A DNA stretch of 64,000 nucleotides from Syntrophales bacterium (GCA_040767195.1 JAXGPA010000001.1:96001-160000), one strand, 5' to 3'; counted from the stretch's first letter, positions 39,692 through 49,125 are shown. Program-made: numbers and translations. The notes: generated by a model from the sequence alone, not told the origin.

Positions 39692-41007
39692 TGAAAGGAA
39701 AAGAGAGAAAAACCGGCCTCGTGTTCTTTCCCGCCTTTGACTGGGCCATCAGCTCCACCCACCCGGAGCGCGAAGAAAGGCTCCTTTACACCCAGGACCA
39801 GGTTTTCGAGGAGGGCCTCCTCGACCTGGAAAACATCGTCGAGTTCAAGCCGGGCCTGGCGACGAAGGCAGACGTGGACCGGGTTCACATCTGCGTTCCC
39901 GACGTGAGTCATGTGACCACGGAATCCCACATGATTTCAGCGGGAGGGGCCATCACGGCGGCGGAAAAGGTGCTCGAGGGAGAGGTGGACAACGCCTTCG
40001 CCCTCGTCCGCCCCCCGGGACACCACGCCATGCGGGTCGTCCACGGCGCGCGGGGGTTCTGCAACATCAACATCGAGGCGGTCATGATCGAGCACATCCG
40101 CAGGAAGTACGGCCACAGGCGGATCGCCATCGTCGACACGGACTGCCATCACGGCGACGGCACCCAGGACATCTTCTGGCATGACCCGGACACGCTCTTC
40201 ATCTCCCTTCACCAGGACGGGAGAACCCTCTACCCCGGTTCGGGTTTTCCCGAGGAGTTCGGAGGGCCCAACGCCCTGGGAACGACCCTGAACATCCCCC
40301 TCCCTCCCCGGACCTCGGAGGAAGGGTTCCTTTACGTCCTGGACAACCTCATCCTTCCCATACTGGACGACTTCAAGCCCGACCTCGTCATCAATTCCGC
40401 CGGCCAGGACAATCACTACACGGACCCCATCACGGACATGCAGTTCACCGCCCAGGGGTACGCCCGGCTGAACGACCGGCTTTCTCCCCACATCGCCGTC
40501 CTCGAAGGAGGATACTCTGTGGAAACGGCCCTGCCCTACATCAACGTAGGGATCATTCTCGCCATGGCCGGCCTCGATTACAGCCACGTCAGGGAACCGG
40601 ACTACGACCCGGAAAGAATCCGGCAGTCCGCCGACATCACCCGTTACATCGAGAAACTCTCCGAGGGGATCTATGGCCTCTGGAAACGACGGGACGAGGA
40701 AAAAAGCAAGCTTCGCCGGGATGGCGAGTTCGCCCGGAGAAGCCGGGGCATTTTCTATGACACGGACCACATATCGGAGGAGCAGACGGAGCTTGTGCGG
40801 ATATGCGACGACTGCGGCGGCCTCATCACCATCGATTCCCGGGCCGATCACAGCACCCGGATCTTCGCCGTCGTCATCCCCGGCCGAAGCTGCCCGGCCT
40901 GCCGTAAAAAAGGCGAGGAGATCTACGAGACCAGGTCCCGAAAGGACGGGCCCTACGATCACATCTATCTCCAGGACCGGGACCGGGACCTCTACATGAA
41001 CAAGTAA
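39688..41007 (+). CDS. Histone deacetylase-family amidohydrolase with C-terminal CxxC pair
   Basis: HPE, RPPGHHA, GFC, DCHHGDGTQ, SAGQD, LEGGY; CDDC..CPAC. Confidence 0.92.
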   Translation: MMKGKERKTGLVFFPAFDWAISSTHPEREERLLYTQDQVFEEGLLDLENIVEFKPGLATKADVDRVHICVPDVSHVTTESHMISAGGAITAAEKVLEGEVDNAFALVRPPGHHAMRVVHGARGFCNINIEAVMIEHIRRKYGHRRIAIVDTDCHHGDGTQDIFWHDPDTLFISLHQDGRTLYPGSGFPEEFGGPNALGTTLNIPLPPRTSEEGFLYVLDNLILPILDDFKPDLVINSAGQDNHYTDPITDMQFTAQGYARLNDRLSPHIAVLEGGYSVETALPYINVGIILAMAGLDYSHVREPDYDPERIRQSADITRYIEKLSEGIYGLWKRRDEEKSKLRRDGEFARRSRGIFYDTDHISEEQTELVRICDDCGGLITIDSRADHSTRIFAVVIPGRSCPACRKKGEEIYETRSRKDGPYDHIYLQDRDRDLYMNK

Positions 41008-41113
41008 TCGAATTTCACCTTGACAGGGGGGGCTCTTTTCCATTACAGTCGCCGGAAATCCCGGGAATCACTGAAGGGATCACCGGGAGGATCGCAGTGA
41101 GGAGGTCATTGTT

Positions 41114-41512
41114 GTGAGCGACGAGGCAATCAGGAAACGAACCCAGGAAACAGCGACGAAGCTCTTTGGAAAAGGGATCAAGATGGACCCCCCTTACCTC
41201 ATGTGGCGGGAGTTCGACAAGGACCTGGCCAATGAGTTTTCCAAGTTCATCACCGGCAATCTTTACTCCAGGACGGTTCTCACCCTGCCGGAAAGGCAGA
41301 TGGTCGCCTGCGCCATGCTGGCGGCCCTGAGGGCGACGGGAGAGCTGAAGCTCCACGTGAACGCCGCCCTGAACGTGGGCTGCGACCCGAGAAAACTCGC
41401 CGAAACCTTCTTCCAGGTGGCCACATACGCCGGCATGCCGGCGGTAAACGAGGCCCTCGAAGTCTTTCGCGATGTCCTGAAAGAAAGAGGAGAGTGGCCG
41501 GTCAAGGCGTAA
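41114..41512 (+). CDS. Carboxymuconolactone decarboxylase (PcaC-like) family protein
   Basis: YSR..L...ERQM, ELKLHVNAALNVG, YAGMPA; GGAGG SD. Confidence 0.88.
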   Translation: MSDEAIRKRTQETATKLFGKGIKMDPPYLMWREFDKDLANEFSKFITGNLYSRTVLTLPERQMVACAMLAALRATGELKLHVNAALNVGCDPRKLAETFFQVATYAGMPAVNEALEVFRDVLKERGEWPVKA

Positions 41513-41590
41513 GTTTTTTTGAGGGAAATAAAACAGCGGAAGGGGGGGTCCGAATAGTGGCCCCCTTTTTTACTTCGGAGTGGAAGAAAG

Positions 41591-42613
41591 ATGAAAACAG
41601 TGACCGATGCGGATTTCGAAAGGACCGTCCGGGTTATCCGGGAACGGGACGAGGAGGCATGCGCCGGTTTCTGGTTCAACCTCATCCAGTACGGGGGGTG
41701 CCGGTTCATCCAGGGAAGCGTCGTGGACGGGGATTCGCCCCGTGGCACCCACAGGGACATCGCCCTCCTCTCCGATACGGTCACCGCCGAGGACATCGCG
41801 GGGTTCTGGCCGGAAATCTCCGGGCACCCCGTCACGCCATCTGAAGAAAGAAGACTGGTCGCCTATCTCTCCACCCGGCCGCCCGATACGGTGGAACTCA
41901 TCGTCCCGGAGAGAAACGTCTCCCGCCCCGTGGACTGGGACATTTTCGAAAACGCCCGGGAATTCGAAATCTACCGGGACCACATTTACCCCGAGATCAT
42001 CAAGATCATGGGGGCCATCATTTCCCGGGACCGGGCCGTCTCATCGGTTCCGCCGCCGGCGCGGCGGTCCCGGGCCGAAAAAACCTTGCCCCTCCGTGTT
42101 CTCGACCTGGGGTGCGGATCGGGAAACCTGATCGAAGCCATCTACGGGCACTTTCGCCGGAAAGGCGGCGCGCTGGGGCCTGCGGGCACCGCTGGGCCCG
42201 GTTCCGGTGCGATGTCTCCCTTCCAGTGTTACGGGGTGGATGTGAGCGAAGAAAACGTCGAGGCGGCGCGAAACCGGGGCCTGGAAAACGTCTTTGAGGG
42301 AGACGCTGAAAAGATCGACGAGATCTTCCCCCCGGGGCTGACCTTCGATCTCATCCTTTTCTGCGGCCTTCTGAACCGCCAGGTCGTTCCCACCAGGGAA
42401 AAAGCACGGGCCATCCTGGGAAAAGCCCTGGAACGGCTCCGTTCCGGAGGTCACGTCATCGTCACCGGCTACACGTCCTGCCATCTCACGGCGGAGGACC
42501 TGGACCGTTCGGGCCTCGAAGTCCTTCAGAAATGTCTCCCCCGCAATCTTTTCAAGGATTATGACCGGTATTTTCTCCGTCAGCTCTACACGGGCCGAAA
42601 AAAACCCTCCTGA
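41591..42613 (+). CDS. Class I SAM-dependent methyltransferase with unrecognised N-terminal domain
   Basis: VLDLGCGSG, YGVD, GDAE, FDLI, LRSGG. Confidence 0.8.
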   Translation: MKTVTDADFERTVRVIRERDEEACAGFWFNLIQYGGCRFIQGSVVDGDSPRGTHRDIALLSDTVTAEDIAGFWPEISGHPVTPSEERRLVAYLSTRPPDTVELIVPERNVSRPVDWDIFENAREFEIYRDHIYPEIIKIMGAIISRDRAVSSVPPPARRSRAEKTLPLRVLDLGCGSGNLIEAIYGHFRRKGGALGPAGTAGPGSGAMSPFQCYGVDVSEENVEAARNRGLENVFEGDAEKIDEIFPPGLTFDLILFCGLLNRQVVPTREKARAILGKALERLRSGGHVIVTGYTSCHLTAEDLDRSGLEVLQKCLPRNLFKDYDRYFLRQLYTGRKKPS

Positions 42614-42673
42614 CGTCCCCCGAAACCGCCTCGACACCGGCGCCCCGGAGAAAGGTCGCGCCGTTTCCCTTCG

Positions 42674-43603
42674 TCAGGGGTCACAGGAACGGGGATCCCG
42701 CAGATGGGAGATCATGGCGGGGAATTCCCTGCCCATGAATGCCTCCAAGTCCCGGCTTAAAGCGACAAGCCGATTGAGATCGATTCCCGTCTCGATTTTC
42801 GAATGATGGAGCAGGTGAACCGTGTCTTCCGTGGCGATGTTTCCCTTCGCCCCGGGGATGAAGGGGCATCCCCCCAGCCCCCCCAGGGAGGTGTCGAAGA
42901 TCGTCACCCCGTGGCGCAGGGCCTCCCAGAGATTGGCCAGGCCGAGCCCCCGGGTGTTGTGGAGATGGAGGGACAGGGAAACTTCTCCAGTCACGGGCCG
43001 GACCCGGCGAAGAAGATCCCCCACCTGGCCGGGGTGCGCCATTCCCGACGTGTCGGCGAGGCAGATCTCGTCCGGGCCGTGATCCAGAAACGCTTTGACG
43101 AGCCCGGTCACCTTTTCCGGCGGCACCGGCCCCTCGTAGGCGCAGCCGAACGCGTTCATGACCCCGGCCCGGACCTCCATGCCCCGGGATTTCGCCCGGT
43201 CCATGAGACGAAGCGCCTCCGCCGTCGCCTCCGCCACGGTGCGGTTGCTGTTCCGGAGGCTGTGCGTCTCGCTGGCGGAAACGAAAATTCCCCCGTGGGG
43301 CACCCGGCAGCGCAGGGCCCTCTCGAGGCTCTTTTCACCGAGGATGAGGGCGGAAAAAAGAACCCCCGTCGGACGTTCCACACGATCCCAGAGGGCTTCC
43401 GCGTCGGCCATCTGGGGAACGAGGCGGGGGTTGACGAAAGACGACAGCTCGATCCGCCCGATCCCCGACCGGATCAGGCCGTTCACCAGCTCGATCTTCC
43501 GGTCCGTCGGAACGAGGGTTGGTTCGTTCTGGATACCGTCCCGCAGGACGACTTCGTGGATGAAAACCCTCTCCGGTAAAGAATACCCCGTTTCTTTTTT
43601 CAT
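42674..43603 (-). CDS. Hydroxymethylglutaryl-CoA lyase
   Basis: LRDGIQNE, SFV.P..VPQMAD, LADT.G, HLHNTRG, GGLGGCPF, GNIATED. Confidence 0.92.
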   Translation of the reverse strand: MKKETGYSLPERVFIHEVVLRDGIQNEPTLVPTDRKIELVNGLIRSGIGRIELSSFVNPRLVPQMADAEALWDRVERPTGVLFSALILGEKSLERALRCRVPHGGIFVSASETHSLRNSNRTVAEATAEALRLMDRAKSRGMEVRAGVMNAFGCAYEGPVPPEKVTGLVKAFLDHGPDEICLADTSGMAHPGQVGDLLRRVRPVTGEVSLSLHLHNTRGLGLANLWEALRHGVTIFDTSLGGLGGCPFIPGAKGNIATEDTVHLLHHSKIETGIDLNRLVALSRDLEAFMGREFPAMISHLRDPRSCDP

Positions 43604-43710
43604 TTTACACGCCCTTTAACATGGGTGAAGAAAAGCAAGGTTTCTTTCGATCTTACCGAGAAAAAGTCAATCCGGTACGTGTTTAAGTTTCTGTAAAATG
43701 AATTTTCTCG

Positions 43711-43836
43711 GACGGCTTCGTCAAAAGGTCCAGAGTCAAAGCGCTCGAATCCCGAGGAGTGAGGCATACTGACCGGTACGCCGCCGTGACGAGGGGTGAA
43801 GGGCAGCGCCGCCTATGCCCTTTTGACGGAGCCGTC
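43711..43836. mobile_element. 126-bp MITE/REP-like element with 18-bp terminal inverted repeats
   Basis: GACGGCTTCGTCAAAAGG ... CCTTTTGACGGAGCCGTC (17/18 match); partial related copy at 58674-58725. Confidence 0.7.
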
Positions 43837-43908
43837 AAAATAAATATGCCGAAAGAACCTGACTTGGTCCTCCCGGCATAAGGAATGACTATTTTTCCCT
43901 GTTCAGGG

Positions 43909-44124
43909 TTACTCGAGAACGAGCAGGACCTGGTTGGTGTCCACCTTGTCCTCTTCCGCGACCTTGATTTCCTTCACGGTGCCGTCCACGGGGGCAACGA
44001 TGGGGTTTTCCATCTTCATCGCTTCGAGAATGATGAGCTCCTCATCGGCGCTGACCTGATCACCCACTTCCACGATAATCTCAGCGATCGTTCCGGGCAT
44101 GGGGGCTACGACTTCTACGGCCAT
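43909..44124 (-). CDS. Stand-alone biotin carboxyl carrier protein
   Basis: APMPG, ILEAMKMEN biotinylation motif. Confidence 0.93.
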   Translation of the reverse strand: MAVEVVAPMPGTIAEIIVEVGDQVSADEELIILEAMKMENPIVAPVDGTVKEIKVAEEDKVDTNQVLLVLE

Positions 44125-44255
44125 TTGAACTTCCTCCTTCAACATTATTTCATATAGTCATGAGTGCTCTCGACGGAAAGCGAAGGGGGCACTCGAATGA
44201 TCACCGTGTTTTTTTAACGGGGCAGGGGGGAGTGCCCCCCCTGCCATCATGGGTG

Positions 44256-45446
44256 CTATTTTTTCCAGAGCGGATCCGAGGGACCCCACTTCTCGGGAAG
44301 GACGGCCTTCTCGCCCCAGCCCTCGGGAAGCCTCTGGCCCTTCTTCTCGCCCAGCTTCTCCTTCGCCTTCGGGAGACCCGGGCGGGCGAACTTCATGTGC
44401 CCTTCCTTCTGGGTCCGGCCGTTGATGACCGCCTCGGACCGGAGACGCCGGCCGATGGTCTTCTCCATCTTCCGGCCCATCCACAGGACACGGTCCACGT
44501 CGTAGCCGTGCTCGATGCCCAGCTCGTCGATCTGAACGAGAAGGTCTTCCAGGCAGATGAGGCCGACGTACCGGGGGTCTTCGTAGTAGTACTCGCCGGT
44601 GCCCCGGATGGGGGAGTCGTCGAGGAAGTTCGCCGGCTGGCCGCCCAGGCCGCCGAAGCACGCCTCGAAACGGGTGATCCCAGCCTGCAGGGCCGCCAGA
44701 ATCGACGAAGAAGCGACACGCTTCGTCTCGTGGAGATGGCAAAGATGGGCTTCCGGATTCGGCATGGCATCGAGAACCATGGAGAAATACCGGTACACAT
44801 CCGCCGCGTTGGCCGAACCGTCGTGGTCGGCGTGCTCGATGTCGTGGGCGCCGATCTCGAACCAGCGCTTGGTGAACTCCACGGCGTCCTCCAGCTTCGT
44901 GGCGCCGCCGATGGGGCTCCCCCAGATCGTGCTCACCGTCCCCACCATCTTCATCCCCGCGTCACGGGCCTTCTTGATGCACCGCTCCGCTTCCTTCCAG
45001 TAGTTGGGCAGCGTCGTCCCCGAGTTGGCGAAATGATGCTCCTCGTCCGTGGAAACCATCATGAGAATCCGGTCGGGACCGTACCCCTCCTTCCGCCACT
45101 CGATGGCCAGATCCACCGAGGGCTCCCGAATCGTCACGGCGGTGAGGCACAAGTCCTTGTCCAGATCGATGCCCTGGCGGGAAGCCCGCTTCCGGAACTC
45201 GTCGCTCCGCAAGGCCTTCATCACCTCGGCACCGTCCACAAACTGGGGCGTCGTCCCGTGGGCCATGTTGGTCACTTCCAGCTCCCGGCAGCCCGCCAGG
45301 ATGATCTCCTGGCCGTAAAAAATCTTCGCCCGGGTGGAAATGAACTTCTCCTCGTGCTGGAAACCATCGCGAATCGTGATGTCCCCGATGCTCACCTTCT
45401 TCGGCATCCTCGGGAAAACTTTCCAGAGATCATATTCCGTTGCCAT
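44256..45446 (-). CDS. HMG-CoA lyase-like DRE-TIM metallolyase, non-canonical
   Basis: IRDGFQHE, HADHDG, HLHET, GGLGGQP, CLEDL. Confidence 0.82.
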   Translation of the reverse strand: MATEYDLWKVFPRMPKKVSIGDITIRDGFQHEEKFISTRAKIFYGQEIILAGCRELEVTNMAHGTTPQFVDGAEVMKALRSDEFRKRASRQGIDLDKDLCLTAVTIREPSVDLAIEWRKEGYGPDRILMMVSTDEEHHFANSGTTLPNYWKEAERCIKKARDAGMKMVGTVSTIWGSPIGGATKLEDAVEFTKRWFEIGAHDIEHADHDGSANAADVYRYFSMVLDAMPNPEAHLCHLHETKRVASSSILAALQAGITRFEACFGGLGGQPANFLDDSPIRGTGEYYYEDPRYVGLICLEDLLVQIDELGIEHGYDVDRVLWMGRKMEKTIGRRLRSEAVINGRTQKEGHMKFARPGLPKAKEKLGEKKGQRLPEGWGEKAVLPEKWGPSDPLWKK

Positions 45447-45492
45447 AAATTTCTTCCTCCTGTGTTGGTATAAACAAGGGTGAACGGGTTTT

Positions 45493-46293
45493 TTATTCGC
45501 CCTTGAAAACGGGTTTTCGCTTCTCCGCGAAGGCGGCCAGGGCTTCCAGGCGGTCCTTCGTGGGAATGGTCACTTCATAGGCCTTGGATTCGAGAGGCAA
45601 CGCCACGCCGAGGCTCGCCTCCATACCGTAATTGATGGCGAACTTCGCCTGGGCCACGCCGATGGGGCCGTTCTTGGCGATTTCCCGGGCCAGTTCGAGG
45701 GCCGCTTCCATGAGCTTGTCCGGCTCCACGACCTTGCTCACCAGGCCGATTTCCAGGGCCGTCTTGGCGTCGAACCGGCGGGCCGTGTAGACGAGCTCCT
45801 TCGCCTTGGCCATGCCGACGATTCTCGGGAGCCGCTGGGTGCCGCCGGCGCCGGGGATGATGGCGAGGCTCGTCTCGGTGAGCCCCATGAGGACGTTGGT
45901 CGAGCAGATCCGAAGATCGCAGGCGAGCGCCAGCTCCGTCCCGCCGCCGAAGGCGAACCCGTTGATGGCGGCGATGACGGGCACCCGTACCTGCTCCACC
46001 GCCGTGAAGGTGTTCCGGATGGTAAAGATGAACCGGCGGACCTGGTCCTGGGTGAGGGTCCGTCTCTCCTTGAGGTCCGCCCCCGTGGAGAAGGACCATT
46101 TCCGAGGTTCGTCACCCGCTTTCGAACCGGTGATGACGATGCACCGGAGGTCCATATCGAAGTTCGCTTCCCGGATGGCGTCGGCCAGTACGGCGAGAAG
46201 ATCGAAATTGAAGCAGTTCATCGCCTCGGGACGATTGAGCGTCAGGATCAGGATGCCGTCTTCCGTCCTTTCCTGCAAAAGTACATCTGCCAT
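45493..46293 (-). CDS. Enoyl-CoA hydratase (methylglutaconyl-CoA hydratase-like)
   Basis: GADLKER, AFGGGTELALACD, TETSLAIIPGAGGTQRLPR, F.EKRKPVFKG. Confidence 0.92.
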   Translation of the reverse strand: MADVLLQERTEDGILILTLNRPEAMNCFNFDLLAVLADAIREANFDMDLRCIVITGSKAGDEPRKWSFSTGADLKERRTLTQDQVRRFIFTIRNTFTAVEQVRVPVIAAINGFAFGGGTELALACDLRICSTNVLMGLTETSLAIIPGAGGTQRLPRIVGMAKAKELVYTARRFDAKTALEIGLVSKVVEPDKLMEAALELAREIAKNGPIGVAQAKFAINYGMEASLGVALPLESKAYEVTIPTKDRLEALAAFAEKRKPVFKGE

Positions 46294-46343
46294 AGCTGCA
46301 CTCCTTCTTGTCTCTTGAAATGTCTGTCACAGGGTTTATGAAA

Positions 46344-46372
46344 ACGGCGGCAGGATAAGAACCTGCCGCCGT
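46344..46372. terminator. GC-rich intercistronic stem-loop
   Basis: ACGGCGGCAGG ... CCTGCCGCCGT. Confidence 0.45.
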
Positions 46373-46382
46373 CCGGAATACC

Positions 46383-48056
46383 TTACAGCTTCAGATCGCC
46401 CCAATCGGATTTTTCGACGGGCACGCGAAGCGCGATCTCGAAAGCCCTGGCCAGCTTGTCCCGGGCCTCGGAGAAGGCGATGACGCCGTCGTGGAAGTTG
46501 ATGGAGCCGGTGTAGAAGGGATGGCCTTCCTGATCGTACCGGTCCCGCATCATGTTGCGGAACGCCTTCATTTCCTCTTCGTCCACCGCCTGGCCCTTGT
46601 CGACGATGTTTTTCCGCCGGACGGTCTCCACGATGAAGCCCGCCGTCTCACCGGACATGACGGTGGTGCGGCCCCGCATGTTCGTGAAGGCGAATTTCGG
46701 CCGGAAGGCCCGGCCGCACATGCCGTAGTTGGCGGCGCCGTGGTCGGGGCCGATGACGTAGGTGACCTTGGGGCTCTTGAGGCACGAGCAGGCCCGGACC
46801 ATGTCGGAGCCGTATTTTCCGATGCCGCCCCACTCTTCCGCCTTGCCCACCATGTAGCCCGGGGAGCCCTGGAGGAAGAGGACGGGGAGGTTCGAGTTGC
46901 CGCAGCGGATCATCCACTCGGTGGCCTTCCGGGCCGCGTCGATGTAGATGACGCCGCTGGCGTTGGAGGCCACGACACCCACGGGGATCCCCTTGAGCCA
47001 CATCTTGCCGGCGATGATGGCGTCGCCGCGGCCGGGACCGTAGGTGGGCTTGTACTCGTGGAAATAGCTGTCGTCGGCGAGGCACTTGATGGTTTCCTTG
47101 ATGTTGATGTACTTGTAGGTGTCGATGGGGGTGCCCCGCATCATTTCCTTGTAGTCGAACTTGGGTTCCCGGCTCTCACGGCGATCGCTGTAAAGGGTCT
47201 GGGAGGGTTCGAACTCCATGATGTCCCGGAGCTTCTGGATCCCCTCGTCCTGGGTCCGGACGAAGTGGTCGCAGCCGCCCGAGTGCTGGGTGTGGACGTA
47301 GGCGCCGCCCAGGTCTTCCGGGGAAACGGTCTCGCCGATGGCCGACTTCACCATGGGGGGCCCGGCCAGGAAGGCGAAGGACATCTTCTCGATCATGATC
47401 GATTCCGTGGCGAGGTAGACGATGTAGGCGCCGCCCGCCGTGTTCCCGCCCGTGGAGAGGGTGTACTGCTTGATCCCCATGGCGGACATGCGGCACATGT
47501 TGTAGAACATGGAGCCGAAATGGCCGTCATCGGCGAAGCAGCCCACCTGGAGGGGCAGGTTGATTCCGCCCGAATCGGCGATGTAGATGCAGGGCAGACG
47601 GCTCGCCTCGGCGATCGCCTGGGCCCGCATGTGCTTCTTCAGGGTGATGGGGAAATAGGTCCCCGCGGCGTATCGGTTCTCGTTACCGAAAATCATGCAG
47701 TCCTTGCCGTGGACCTTGCCGACGCCGGTGACCATCCCGCCGCCGGGGATGTGGCCCCGCTTTTCCGACTCGTAGATCTCGCCGCCGTAAAGCCGAACCT
47801 TCCCGATGTCGTAGCCGCAGTCCTGCCCGATCTCGAAGAACTCCTCGCCGGGGTCGACGAGCTGGGTGATGAGCTGCCTTACCGGTTTCTTTTTCTGCTT
47901 GGCAAGCCTCTCGACCTGCGCCGCGCCGCCGATATCGTAGGTTTCCTCGCGATGCTTGAAAAGGAGCTCATCCTGTTCCATCCAGTGCTTGAGGTTGGCT
48001 TCCCGTTCCGCCTCGAGCCTCTCGGCCCGGGTCATCTTTTTTCTTTCTTCAGCCAT
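46383..48056 (-). CDS. Acyl-CoA carboxyltransferase (methylcrotonyl-CoA carboxylase beta / glutaconyl-CoA decarboxylase alpha family)
   Basis: KKHMRAQ.IA...LPCIYIADSGG, TAGGAY, LAGPP, DLGGA..H, PGYMVG, GAANYGMCG. Confidence 0.9.
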   Translation of the reverse strand: MAEERKKMTRAERLEAEREANLKHWMEQDELLFKHREETYDIGGAAQVERLAKQKKKPVRQLITQLVDPGEEFFEIGQDCGYDIGKVRLYGGEIYESEKRGHIPGGGMVTGVGKVHGKDCMIFGNENRYAAGTYFPITLKKHMRAQAIAEASRLPCIYIADSGGINLPLQVGCFADDGHFGSMFYNMCRMSAMGIKQYTLSTGGNTAGGAYIVYLATESIMIEKMSFAFLAGPPMVKSAIGETVSPEDLGGAYVHTQHSGGCDHFVRTQDEGIQKLRDIMEFEPSQTLYSDRRESREPKFDYKEMMRGTPIDTYKYINIKETIKCLADDSYFHEYKPTYGPGRGDAIIAGKMWLKGIPVGVVASNASGVIYIDAARKATEWMIRCGNSNLPVLFLQGSPGYMVGKAEEWGGIGKYGSDMVRACSCLKSPKVTYVIGPDHGAANYGMCGRAFRPKFAFTNMRGRTTVMSGETAGFIVETVRRKNIVDKGQAVDEEEMKAFRNMMRDRYDQEGHPFYTGSINFHDGVIAFSEARDKLARAFEIALRVPVEKSDWGDLKL

Positions 48057-48255
48057 AAATACTACCTCCTCCTTCTTTCAATTAAATGAGCTTTTAATGA
48101 AACACTATGTCTTGCCCCTGGTGATTAACAGGGCATTCCATCGCGAGCGTTTTTCCCGGTAATTACGGACGCCGGGAACATGGTTACCTAACACCTTCCT
48201 CCCGAAAAATCAAGCCGAAAGGGACGGCAAATTCAAATAGCCCGGGAAAACCCTT

Positions 48256-48284
48256 TTGACAGGAAGGACAAACCGTGTTATTCA
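48256..48284 (+). promoter_or_regulatory. sigma70-like promoter for the mazG-queA-tgt unit
   Basis: TTGACA-17 nt-TATTCA with extended TG. Confidence 0.5.
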
Positions 48285-48318
48285 GGATCCGCTTAAAAAT
48301 AAAGAGTTTTCTCCTGCC

Positions 48319-49125
48319 ATGAAAGACAAATTCACAGGCCCCGTTCAACCCTCCCTGGATGCCCTTCGGGCGGTCCTCTTAAAACTCCGCTCCCCGGAAG
48401 GATGCCCCTGGGATCAAAAGCAGAAAAAGGAGGATATCCGCCGTTATCTCCTGGAAGAGGCTTACGAGGCGGCCGACGCCGTCGCCGGCGGCGACCCCGG
48501 GGCGGCCCGGGAGGAACTGGGGGACCTCCTGTTCCAGATCCTCTTTCTCGTCCGGATATACGAGGAGACCGGGTCTTTCACCTTCGAGGACGTCCTCCGG
48601 GAAATCACCGAAAAGATGGTCCGCCGGCATCCCCATGTTTTTGGAAACACCTCCGTCGATTCGGTGGAGGAGGTCAGGCAGAACTGGCAGGCCATCAAAA
48701 CCGGAGAAAAAAAAGGCCGGAAGACGGGCTTTTTCGACGGCATCCCCCGTGCCATGCCGGCCCTCCGGCGGGCCGGGGCCATCCAGGAACGGGCGGCCGC
48801 CGTGGGGTTCGACTGGAAGGTTGCCGCGGACGTCCTGCCGAAGGTCCGGGAGGAGCTGGGAGAACTGGAAACCGCCGTGGCCACGGGGAGCCCCGGGGAT
48901 GTCCGGGAAGAGCTGGGAGACCTCCTCTTCGCCCTGGTCAACCTTTCCCGGTTCCTTTCGGTGGACGGAGAAGAAGCCCTCCAGGCCGCCACGGACAAGT
49001 TCATCGGAAGGTTCCTGAAAATCGAAGGCGCCGTCAACGCCCGGGGAGGGACCCTTTCAGCGGCTTCCCTGGAGGAGATGGACGCCCTCTGGAACCGCTT
49101 CAAGACGGAAGAAAGGAAATCTTAG
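48319..49125 (+). CDS. mazG: Nucleoside triphosphate pyrophosphohydrolase MazG
   Basis: GCPWD, LEEAYE, EELGDLL (twice), RRHPHVF, GFDW. Confidence 0.95.
   Translation: MKDKFTGPVQPSLDALRAVLLKLRSPEGCPWDQKQKKEDIRRYLLEEAYEAADAVAGGDPGAAREELGDLLFQILFLVRIYEETGSFTFEDVLREITEKMVRRHPHVFGNTSVDSVEEVRQNWQAIKTGEKKGRKTGFFDGIPRAMPALRRAGAIQERAAAVGFDWKVAADVLPKVREELGELETAVATGSPGDVREELGDLLFALVNLSRFLSVDGEEALQAATDKFIGRFLKIEGAVNARGGTLSAASLEEMDALWNRFKTEERKS

Noticed and set aside
48256..48318. TTG-initiated N-terminal extensions of mazG (and of the ligase at 37935)
   Set aside because: These TTGs are the -35 hexamers of predicted promoters; downstream ATGs fit the families
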